From the NCBI RefSeq assembly GCF_009834535.1, contig NC_045696.1, positions 121,088,001 through 121,152,000 of the forward strand: a stretch of 64,000 bases of DNA, given 5' to 3'. The DNA comes from Camelus ferus (taxonomy: Eukaryota). Shown in pieces: positions 1 to 11,333 of the stretch. Position numbers and translations under genes: made by a program. The notes beneath the pieces were generated by a model. It saw only the letters and a program-made list of their open reading frames with translations, was not told the origin of the DNA and made no database searches. Positions within the stretch are counted from its first letter, which is position 1; each line of letters starts with the position of its first letter.

Positions 1-512
1 AGAGCCACCCTAACTCAGCACACAGCTCCAGGGGACTCTTGAGACAGATCCAGGCGTGAATTTGACAGGATGAAAATTGTATTGTCCTTGACAGCAGGTC
101 CTGCTGTGGTCTGGCTTTGAAGCCGTCCTCCTCCCATTGGGGTGGACCTGACAGCAACGAGGCTGCTGGGAAGAGTCAGATCACAGCTTGGACGTCTCGG
201 GAGACGGACACAGGGCGGTGTCATGCCTAAAGGCCGCAGGAGACACGTTCAGGGTCCCGGACTTTCCCGTGGTGAGTTTTGCAGCAGTGATGGAGTGCGG
301 AGAAACCAGGTCTGACCTCTCCTTTATTCGAAGACGCACATCAAAGTCCCTGAAGTCAGGATGGGTCTTAATTGATGATAGGTGCAGGTCCTGACACAGT
401 TGTCATCTGCTGCATGTGGCCTGAAACCTGTGTCATGAATGTCAGCCACCTGGCAGGAGACCCCGAGGCCAAGGTGGAAAACTCTTAAGAAATGTCACAG
501 CACCATGACTCT

Positions 513-1842
513 TTTTTTTTTAAACATTTTTTAATTGAGTTATAGTCATTTTACAATGTTGTGTCAAATTCCAGTGTAGAGCACAATTTTGCAGTTCTAC
601 ATGAACATTCATATATTCATTGTCACATTTTTTTTTTGCTGTGAGCTACCACAAGATCTTGTATGTATTTCCCTGTGCTACACAGTATAATCTTGTTTAT
701 CTATTCTGCTTATGCCTGTCAGTATCTACAAATTTTGAAATCCCAGTCTGTCCTTCCCACCCCCGCCCCCTTGGCAACCACAAGTTAGTATTCTATGTCT
801 ATGAGTCTGTTTCTGTTTTGTATTTATGTTCTTTTTTTTTTCTTCAGACAGCCTCTTCAGCAAATGGTGTTGGGAAAACTGGACAGCAGCATGTAAATCA
901 AGCGAGAACACTCCCTTACACCATACACAAAAATAAACTCAAAATGGATCAAAGACTTAAACATAAGACAAGATACAATAAACCTCCTAGAAGAAAATAT
1001 AGGCAAAACATTATCTGACATACATCTTAAAAATGTTCTCCTAGGGCAGTCTACCCAAGCAATAGAAATAAAGGCAAGAATAAACAAATGGGACCTAATG
1101 AAACTTACAAGCTTCTGCACAGCAAAGGAAACCATAAGTAAAACAAAATGACAACCTATGTAATGGGAGAAAATATTTGCAAACAATGAAACCGACAAAG
1201 GCTTGATCTCCAGAATATATAAGCAGCTCATACAACGTAATAAGAAACAAACAACCCAACCCAAAAAAAAAGACCTAAACAAGCAATTCTCCAAGGAAGA
1301 CATACAAATGATCAATAGGCACATGAAAAAATGCTCCATATCACTAATTATCAAAGAAATGCAAATCAAAACTACAATGAGGTATCACCTCACACCAGTC
1401 AGAATGGCCATCATTCTAAAGTCCACAAATGATAAATGCTGGAGAGGGTGTGGAGAAAAGGGAACCCTCCTACACTGCTGGTGGGAATGCAGTTTGGTGC
1501 AGCCACTGTGGAAAACAGTATGGAGATTTCTCGAAAGACTAGGAATAGATTTACCACATGACCCAGGAATCCCACTTCTGGTCATATATCCAGAAGAAAC
1601 CCTACTTCAAAAAGACACCTGCACCCCAATGTTCACAGCAGCACTATTTACAATAGCCAAGACATGGAGACAGCCTAAATGTCCATCAACAGATGACTGG
1701 TTAAAGAAGATGTAGTATATTTGTACAATGGAATACTATTCAGCCATAAAAACTGCCATTTACAGCAACATGGATGTTCCTAGAGAATGTCATTCTAAGT
1801 GAAGTAAGCCAGAAAGAGAAAGAAAAACACCATAGGAGATTG
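513..1842 (-). mobile_element. Young 5'-inverted (twin-primed) L1
   Basis: poly-T plus antisense L1 3' end (513-~843) joined to a plus-oriented ORF2 C-terminal segment (~844-1842, HCWWEC motif); 15-bp TSD cagcaccatgactct at 498-512 and 1843-1857. Confidence 0.93.
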
Positions 1843-3362
1843 CAGCACCATGACTCTGATGGTGCAGGGATCAGTGGTTTGTAGAAAAACATGAATACCT
1901 ATGACCTCAAGTTGGAAAATGACTTAAATGAGTCAGACGTGGTGCAGAAGTTTAGGGGTATCTCAATCACTTTATTTTCATTCATTCATTCATTCATTTG
2001 TATTTTATTTCCGTGTATGCACAGGAGTGATTTTTGATAAAAACCCATGTCTAACAAAGTCAAAAAATCTTTAATAGAAGATAAAAAAAAAGATTTAATA
2101 GGATAAAAAATTTTTATAAATAAAGTGATTAAAAAACATTGGGTTATGGCTTAATGGCAGGGTTGTTTTTCTTTCTTAGAAGTACCCAGAATCGTAATGC
2201 ACGGAGCACTCAGGGATGTCTCACAGTGGGTGAAATGCGGGAGGGGTGGAGCCTCGTGTTTCACCCCGGAGGCATCTGAGGTCATAAGTGACTTCCATGC
2301 AATAGCCCATAGGATGCAGCGAGGTCAGAGAGACGGGAGTCAGAGAGGCCCATGTCGAGGCTGGTCTGGCTCACTGGCTGCCTGAGGCCCCAGGCAGCGA
2401 CCAGGACAAGGCAGCAGAAGCGGGAGGTTGTGGAGGCAAAACCATGTGGCCAGAGGTGGCACTGGGGCAAGTGGGGCAAGATGCTGGGGGAGGCCCCCCA
2501 GGGTGGGACAGAAAGGAGGTTCTGAGGGGCTGGGCTTGGGAGGGGGGTGCTCTGCCTGTCCGTGCCATCGATGTCCAGACCAGCCTCAGGCCTCCTGCAA
2601 ACGGAACTAGAAGGGCCCCGCCAAGCAGGGGAGGGATCCCAGGTGCACACGGATGCTCTGCAGAGACAAAGCTTCACAGTGGGGCCATGCTGCCTGGCTG
2701 AGGCACACGGGGAGCAACGCCCTCATGGGTCTGCCGTAGGGAGGGAGTTGAAACCATGTCGGGTCTGTGATCAGGACAAGCACTTTGGGTGGAATAACTG
2801 AGCCTCCTGGGCCCCCATGGCTCCCAGCACCACATACTTTCAGATCTGCCCCAGGATCGGCTTCAATGCCCCGTTTCCCAAGCGAGAGCACATGGTCGGC
2901 TGCAGTGGCCCCAACTCCGGGGGACAAAGTTGCTGAGTGTTTGAAAGTGGTCTCCACAGGTGTCGGGCACCGGCCCTCAGGCTCTGCTGAGAAAACACCA
3001 GACCTCTTTTTAGTAGCACATTCACTACATCAGTGGTGTCCATTTCCTGAAAGGCCCACTCGCCCGGGCCTGTCTAATGTCTACTCGGCCATCAAAGCTC
3101 ATCAGCCCTTTCGGGCAGCCTTCATCCCCCTCGTTTGGGCTGCCCTGGCCACTCGAGCCTGCTCGCCAGCCAGAGCTCCTCCTGTGCAGTGTTCCTGGCC
3201 TGACTGGAACAGGATACGTCTCTCCAGCCTCTAGGACACTCCTGAGAAAGCAGACCCAGCAAGCACGCAGCAGAGCGCTCGCTGAAGGCCTGCTTCTTGG
3301 AAAGTCCTTTCTCTTACGAAAGTTAAACAAGCCTGCAGAACTCATTTTAAATATTAATTCTT

Positions 3363-4133
3363 TTTAAATTTTTTTTTTTACTGAAGTGTAGTTGATTTAC
3401 AGTGTTAGTTTCAGGTGTACAGCAAAGTGATTCCATTACACATGCACGTATATTTTCTTTTCAGATTCTTTCCCATTAGATGTTATTACAAGAAATTGAG
3501 TATCGTTCCCTGTTTTATATAATAAGTCCTTGTTGTTTATCTATTTTGTATACAGTAATGTGTGTCTGTTAACCCCAACCCCTAATTTATCCCTCCCCAC
3601 CCTTTCCCCTTTGGTGACCATAGTTTGTTTTCTATGTCTGTGTGTTTACTTCTGGTTTGTAAATAGAATTTGTATCATTTTTTCTTTAGATTCCACATAT
3701 AAGTAATATCATATGATATTTGTCTTTCTCTGTCTGACTTACTTCACTCAGTGTGATAATCTCTAAGTCCAGCCATGTTGCTGCAAATGGCATTATTTCA
3801 TTCTTGTTTATGGCTGAGTAGTATTCCATTGTATAAATACACCACAGCTTCTTTATTCAGTCATCTATTGATGGACATTTAGGTTGCTTCCATGTCTTGG
3901 CTATTGTAAACAGTGCTGCTATGAACATTAGGGTGCATGTATCTTTTCAAATTAGAGTTTCCCCCTGGATATATGCCCAGGAGTGGGATTGCTGGATCAT
4001 ACGGTAAGTCTATTTTCAGTTTTTTAACTGAAAATAAACCTCCATGCTGTTTTCCATAGTGGCTGCATTAGTTTACAGTCCCACCAACAATGTAGGAGGG
4101 TTTCTTTTTCTCCACACTTTCTCCAGCCTTATG
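3363..4133 (-). mobile_element. 5'-truncated L1 3' fragment
   Basis: Antisense L1 3'UTR/ORF2 end; TSD tattaattctt at 3352-3362 and 4134-4144. Confidence 0.88.
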
Positions 4134-4199
4134 TATTAATTCTTATTAATTCTTGCCAAACAAGTTTTTTCATGTTGGGGCCAACAGCACCAGACTGGA

Positions 4200-4400
4200 A
4201 CTCAAGACTCTTGTACGAATTCAGAGGTCGTGTGACCTGGGACAGCTTCCTAACCTCACAGGGTCTTGGTCCCCGTCTTGGTCCCACATCTCAAGGATGC
4301 CCTGTGTCTTCCATTACTTATCACAATGCCTGCACATAGTATATGCTCAATAAAATATTTGAATAATCTGTGAAATGAATGAAAGATTAGGATAAACTAT
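4200..4400. mobile_element. MIR remnant
   Basis: tgtgacctgggacagcttcctaacctc core and cacatagtatatgctcaataaa tail. Confidence 0.5.
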
Positions 4401-7400
4401 CTCCAGGGTCCCCTTTGTTGCTTCCTAACAAGGCAAAGAAATACTTCCCCTTGTATGTTTTATAGATTAGTTTTTAACCCATATGATACGGTTTCACAAA
4501 GTCAGCTTACTTCTTGAAGGTATCCTAGCAACTGGCTCCCATGGCAACGTCACACATCTAGGCATCAAACGTGGAGACTGTCTAGATGACCGCCCTAGTA
4601 TTTGTGTTGAGGTTTGGGACTCAAGACCAGCCGTACTAATTGTCCTGTGATCAGTGGCCACAAGGGGCACTCCAGTTCCTCTTCCTCCTACTGGCTGATC
4701 ACTGAAATTCTGTGATTCATCTCCTTTGTGTGAGGAGCTTTATGACCTTTAAAAAAATGTAGAACATCCATGTTTTTTTTCCAACAGTGTCCAATATCAG
4801 AGCAAATATGCTACATATTGGCTGCATGGAAATTTTAAAGCTAACGCTGGTGAGTTGAGAGGGTCCTGTTGCTTCAGTTTCATGAGATTATTTCAACGGA
4901 ATTAAAGTCACACATCATTGCCTCAGGCCTGCTCGCATGACAGCTGGGGGCAGTTTGTCATGCCCCAGGCTAGGCCTCCAAGTGCATTCATCACCGCTAA
5001 TTGTAATTACACTAAGACATAAGTTATTTATAGCAAATGTTATTTCCAAATATGATAGATTTTGGGAGTTTCATTCAATATGGCTGAAGACCTCCCAGCT
5101 CAGAACAGTCTGGGCTTTCTAAGAACAGACCTTTAAAAGCTACTAGAATTATCCTACTGCCCCCACCTTCATATTTATTTTAATCCAGATTTGGGCGCCT
5201 GGGTGATTCTGATGGAATCTCTCACTAGGAGAAGGAAACCTACTTCGTAGCTTTAATTCATGGACATTGATCATTAAGTGCTGCTTGCTAATTGCTTGAA
5301 ACCAACAAGATGGACCAGTAGAAACGGGCAGGTAAATTCACCGATAAACTTCGTCCCACACCTCCTTAAACAAACCTCTCTGCTCTTTCTTGATGACAGG
5401 CAAGGAAGAGAAGCCTTTTGAGGTTGGCCCTGTAGAGGCTGAATTTCCACTGACCCATTCATTGGCCAGTGGACATTAAGGTCTTTGCCTGTCTGATTGC
5501 CTCATTGACACTGGACCAACCAGGCAGCTGCCAGATCCAATTCACATTCTGTGTGACCTTCTGAGCTTTTTTACTACTTAATCACCATTCAACAAGGCAG
5601 TCAGAATATGCAGTGCTCAAATACAAACAAGCTTGCAAAATCCGGACTCGGATCTGACTTTAGATGATGTGAAAGGAAGTCATTTTGCTTCAGGAAGGCC
5701 ATCTACCTCGATTATGCACGCCGCTACAAGGAATCTGGGGCAGGCATGAAATGCAGGAAGTCAGAGACAAGTTTGGAAATATATATACATTTCCTTTCTC
5801 TGATGGGCATATATTACTTAAAGTTTTGGGTTGTATGTAACACAAGATCCATTTTAAACCTTTTTCGGTTGTATACCTGAAAATCTGAGAAGTGTGCAGA
5901 TTTCAGGAATAGAAGTTGGTCCAAACCTCAGTGACTTAGATTTATTCTCTGACTGTACAACTGTAGCCAGGGCTTCTGCTCAAAGCTGGTTCCTCTTGTT
6001 TGTATTCAGAGGAAGAGTCCTTAGCTTTGCCCTGATTGGCCAACCCTGACCCATCCTGTTGTCAGAGGACAACCATGGACCTTGGCCTGGGAGACCTAAG
6101 TCAGCGACTGTGCCCAGGGGAGTAGGGTGAAGTGAGGGTCAGTTCTGCCAAGATCTCGTGGCTACTATTTCATGAGAGAGGAGAGAAAACCACAATGTGC
6201 AGACCATCCATAATGCTGCCATGGAAGGCGGAACATTACCTCTGAGTAAGTGCACCATGATTTCTGTCCATCACAGCATAAGGGGGGCACAAAGGAAACT
6301 TGTATTGTTCTGCCTGATTTCAAACAATTTCCTATAACTGAAGAATTTGTGTGAAAGCATTGGCTCTCCCCAGCACGTCCCACGTCCGTCCCGTATTCTG
6401 TAAGAGGCTGGAGTCAGAGGCGGATTCTGTAGCTCATACACCGTGGTGGCCGGATGCCACAGCTAATCTTGCGTCCCAGTTTTTGCTGTTTGGAGCGCTT
6501 GGGCAGAGACGGAGGAGTCAAACGCTCTCTCCTCTGTCTGCCGCAGCGGCTGGGCTCCAGGTCAAAGCTGAGTAGTCAGGCTTCAGCAGCAATATCTCAA
6601 ATGGCCAATTAAAAAAAAATTACTGGCAAATTGGGCTGTTCTCCAAAGTGTGTTTTGAAACATTTATTTGCTTAAGTGACTATAAAATTAGTAATATGGT
6701 TAGGACTTAAATTAGTGCGCTGGTGTAGCCTTTCGAGTTCTTTCACAGGCTCTGTTGGCCAGAATACATTGCTTGTCATCCTTAAAGCTAGAACGTTTTC
6801 TAACCTTTTACAGCGGACAAGGCATCACACTCCTTCCTCCGGAGGTTCCAGTACGTCTTCCACACTGTCACCCTTGAGTCCCTTGACATTGTCGAGTGTG
6901 TCTGCTTGTGCGTCTGTGTACTGCACGTGCTCAATTATGAACTAGGACTGAGTGTCTGCTGCGGGCAGGTACTTCACTAAACCATTTTATGTAGCCTGCA
7001 GAGTCACCGTCTCACAGGTAAGGAAACAAGTGTGAGAGGTTCCGAGCTGCCGGCTGTCATAGAGCCGTAAGGAGCAAGGCCGGACTTGACCTCGGGTCTG
7101 CCTGTGGCCACAGCTCAGGATCTGAGCCACCCAGCTTCACAGCCTCACTCTTTCTTTCTCTGGGACTTGGATTAAGTTACGTCTTTCATGTTGCTTCAGC
7201 TTTGCCTCCTTCCCTGCACCCCCCTGCCCCCCACATTAGACTCAGTGTTTACCGAGCACTTCCTAATGCTGGACGCTGACGAGACACAGCAGTGAGTGAA
7301 GCGGACAGAAAGCCCTTACATTGTAGCAAGGATCAGTTCTGCTGTCTGTGTCCTGCTCGCCCAGATTTTCACCCTAAATATCCTTTTCCTTTCATCATTC

Positions 7401-7850
7401 AGTTAACTCAGGGCCTCCTCCCCAAATGCTGCCTGTCCTGGAATATAATTCAACGTTTCAGATTCAGAAGGGCAGGGGGTTTGCTTTTATTCCTTTGATC
7501 CAAGACCCTCTTTGGTGCCCCACTGATTTGGCCTCGGAGCAGACAATCAGGGACCTGATCTGGCTGCTGGCCCGGTGGCGGGTGGGCCTGTGGCCCTGGG
7601 GTGACCAGTGCATCAAGGGACGGATGTTTGGACTTCAAGAGTGTCGCAGGTCTGGTTTCCAGGGGAGCAGCAGGTTCTGAGCCAGAGAGTTTGAGGCAAG
7701 AGGTTTGCTGAAAAATGCTCTCAGGTACAATCGGGGCAGAGGGCAACGCTGAACGGCTGTGCAGTGACTTGGCCTCAGACTGGCTTCCTCGTGCGGGTGA
7801 TACCAGGAACATTTCTTTGACTGGCTTCTAGTATTTCGTTGCTTTGGCTC

Positions 7851-8135
7851 TTTTTTTTTTAAGGAGGAATCTGGGTTTTTTTGTTTTGTTTTGTTTATTG
7901 AGTTATAGTCAGCTTACAGTATCATGTCAATATCCAGTGTAGAGCACATTTTTCAGTTATACATAAATATACGCATACTCATTGTCACATACTTTTTCAT
8001 CGTGAGCTGCCACCGGATCTTGTATATACTTCCCTGTGCTATACAGGGTAATCTTGTCTATCTATTCTATATATACCTGTCAGAATCTACAAATTTCAAC
8101 CTCCCCTTCTGTCTCTTCCCACCCCTCTCCCCCCA
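7851..8135 (-). mobile_element. Short L1 3' end
   Basis: Similar to the 3' ends at 513-843 and 13950-14284 (ttgagttatagtca...tccagtgtagagcac). Confidence 0.8.
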
Positions 8136-8509
8136 GCCTGGCTCATAAGGGCTATGATATTATTTTTTTTGCTTGGAGGTTACATTTATTGGACCAAACT
8201 AGGGCCTTGGACCTCAAGGTATACAGATTATCTTCTTTAATTCTCCAAACAAGGCAATGAGATAGCGTCACTGTCCCCATTGAATGGGGCGGGGGGGTGT
8301 TGGGGCACAGTGCGGTCTGGGAAGGTCCCCCTGGTTACACTACTATGTCCAGAGCTGATACCTGAACCCCAGTCTACCTGACGTTGGGGTTGGAGCTCCT
8401 ACCACTGCTCTACCCTCCTCGGCCCCTTGGCACGGCTGGCCTGAGTCTCCTTTCAGTTTAGTGGTGAAGATATACTCCTAGACTGTCTATGATCTATTGA
8501 TTGATTTAT

Positions 8510-9030
8510 CAAATCATTCAACAAACATGCTATATTCTGGACAGTGTTGAAGGCACTGAAGCTACGATATATAAGACAGACAAACTTACCACCCTCACAA
8601 TATGTCACAGGCTGGTGAGGGCTTCAGAGAAGTGAAAAGGCACTTAGGAGACAGAGCAGTAAGTGCTAAGCCTGGAAAACCCTGTGTGCGATGGGGCTTG
8701 TAGGGCAGGTTGGGGTAGGGGAGAAAGGGACAAGGGCATCTGAGCGAAGCAAAAGCAAGTCTCCAGGTAAACGTGCGTAGGAGGGAGCACGAGAGCGTGT
8801 TCCAAGGAGCAGAAGGATGCAAGTGCTTGGAGTGGACCCAGGACCTGGAAGAATTCCAGGATGCCCAGGGCCCCGTTTGAGAGGTTGGACCTGGTACCGG
8901 TTGTGCTGAGACCGGGCAGGGCCTGATCAAGGAAGCCTTCCAAGCCTCATGAGACTGAGTTTTGCCCTGAGAGAATCAGGAAGCCATTGCAGGGTGTTAA
9001 ATAGCATGACGTGATCAGATTTGCTTTCTG
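8510..9030. mobile_element. L2 remnant
   Basis: tcattcaacaaacat end; gaagccattgcagggt...catgacgtgatcagatttgc motifs typical of L2. Confidence 0.55.
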
Positions 9031-9610
9031 TTTTGCCAGTACATTTCTATTTGTTTCTTTTTTTAACAGCTTTACCTAGAGAGCATTGACATACAATAAA
9101 CTACACATATTTAAAGTATACAGTCGGTCAGTTTCCACATGCATCTATGCTGATGAAACCATCAAAAGAGCGAACATGTCCATCACTCCAAGAGTTTTCT
9201 CCTGCCCCTTTTAAAATCCTCCCTCCTGCTCCCCTCCCCTCCCCAGATGACTGCTGACCTCCGTTCTGTCAGTAGAAATCAGGTTTTATTTTCCAGAGCT
9301 TTATAGAAATGAAATCAAAATGTGTATATATTCTGAAGAGTACACATATATGGATTATTTTAGCAACATCACAGACACTGCCAAGTCAAGAATGGATAAG
9401 GAGCAAGGCCAGAGGCTTTAGCTAGTGAATTATTCACTAAAGGAACTAACTCCTTCTGAAAGGGGCGCCTTCTGAAGCCTCTCTGTTCATTGCTTCGTAA
9501 GTGGCAGAGCTAAAAGCAAGTGCAGCAATACCTAATCCCACTCCCCTCTCCTGTGCCCTGTTAGGTCCTTGTTTGCAAGAGGTGGAAGCCTAATTCCAGC
9601 TGTCCTGATT

Positions 9611-9655
9611 GCGTGCACACACACACACGTGCGCGCGCGCACACACACACACACA
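9611..9655. repeat. Alternating purine-pyrimidine (CA)n/(CG)n tract
   Basis: gcgtgcacacacacacacgtgcgcgcgcgcacacacacacacaca. Confidence 0.9.
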
Positions 9656-10129
9656 ATTTTATTGGCTCATGGGAATGAAAAGTTCAGGAGAGGCTGGCTT
9701 TAGGCGTCGATGCTCAAATGACCTGACTGGGTCACGGTACTTGGTGATGACTCCTCCCTGTGGCGGTCATGGTGGTGAGAACATTTAAGATGTGCTCTCA
9801 GCACCTCTCAAGTACACAATGCAGCGTTGTCAACTGTGGTCACCAGGCTGTACTTGACTCCCTGGAACTTACTCATCTCTCATCTCTCGGGATCGGAAGT
9901 CTATGCCCTTTGGCACACCTCCCGCCTCCCCGCCCTCCAGCCCCTCCTCTGTATTTATCGTGCTTATTTAAGCTCTCGCTCCGTAAGTCACAGCCGCGTC
10001 CATTGTCCCATTTATTGTCTCCAGATGGACGCTTATTTGGCCCGGGGGACTCAGGTTCCTGTCTGAAGCCACCCCGTCTAGTTTGGAGGAAAAGCCAGAT
10101 CCCTGCAGGTGAGTTTAAGGCAAAGGGGA

Positions 10130-10720
10130 GGGACAAGCCCCGGACAGATCGCTCCGGACCCCACAAAAGTCCAGAGACACCAGCCGGTGTGGCTCTGGCC
10201 GGCTTCTCCCCGGGCGCGAGGATGCTCGAGGTTAGAGCCGCTCCTCCCCGGGAGCGCAGGGGTCCCCTAGGTCACAGTCTCCCATCCCTGGGAGCATGGG
10301 GGCACGTTGGCTGAGCGAATGCACTGGATGTGGGTCGTCAGCCCTGTTTCCATCAGCCCCGCGCCCCAACAGGGCTCCCGCACTCCTTCCGTGTCCCCGG
10401 CCGCAGGGCCGCCGGCGCTGCTGCTGTGGTTTCCGTGGCCCATAGGCGGCTCCCGTCGGTACAAGGCCAGGCGGTGCAGAGGGCCGGGGAGAATTTAGAG
10501 TCCCTCCTCCGCCCGAGCCTCGTCTCCGTGCGCCCTGCCCCGGGCTGCAATCCCTGCGCCCGGTGCACCTGCGCCGCCTCCCCGGGGCATCGCAGCCGTC
10601 GGAGGCACTGACAGTTTTCTTAGACCCATGACCGCATCTGCATCCAGAGCTCTCTGGGGTGGATGGCGTGGCGCCAGCCCGCCGGGGGGGTCAGTGCACC
10701 AACCACCTCGGCACACACAC
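10130..10720. promoter_or_regulatory. CpG island, promoter-like, no recognisable gene
   Basis: High GC and dense CpG; GC box ccgccc at ~10509; no ORF resembling a protein I recognise. Confidence 0.7.
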
Positions 10721-11333
10721 AGCTCGCTTTCCAGAGCAGTCAGCACACCTGTGAGTCCTCCTCCCTTAGGGGGAGTGATGGGGACCCTGGGACCAGGAAT
10801 CACCGTCAAGGACCAGTACTTTCCAGGGCTGAAGAAAAATATTAAATTCCAGCCCTCTGTTTTCTCCTCGAATTAAACCCAAATTAAATATTTTAGGTAA
10901 TGATTCAGACACTCTGAAAAGGGCTTCATAATAGCTCTTGACTCATTTGAATATTTGACTTGGAAGTTGCTTGTCTCTGAGGAACGTTGACGTGAAACTT
11001 GCTCCTAAGGAGGTACAGGTGACAGCCTCAGCGCTGACTGCTTTGTGAAGTGGTTATAATAACAGCAATTAAAAATCGCATTTTGCTGGGCTCTGCCAAA
11101 GCAGTTAGGCGTCGCAGAGACACTTTAGAATAATGCAGTAAATAGTTAAGTAGCTAAAACTTTAATTAAGGTGCTTAAAATAAAGTCCCTTTTCATTCTT
11201 TTTTTTAACCCCCAGTGTCTACAAACTTTCAAAAATAGTGTTTGAACTAATTGCTTCAGCAGATACCAAAGATGATCATTTGCAGAAGTACCTTACTAGA
11301 AATAGTACTCCAAGACTCTAAAATGCATTTGAT

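Noticed and set aside
9760..10876. ORFs over the CpG island as NUDT16 or another protein
   Set aside because: No Nudix box or recognisable domain; overlapping ORFs in many frames are expected in GC-rich DNA
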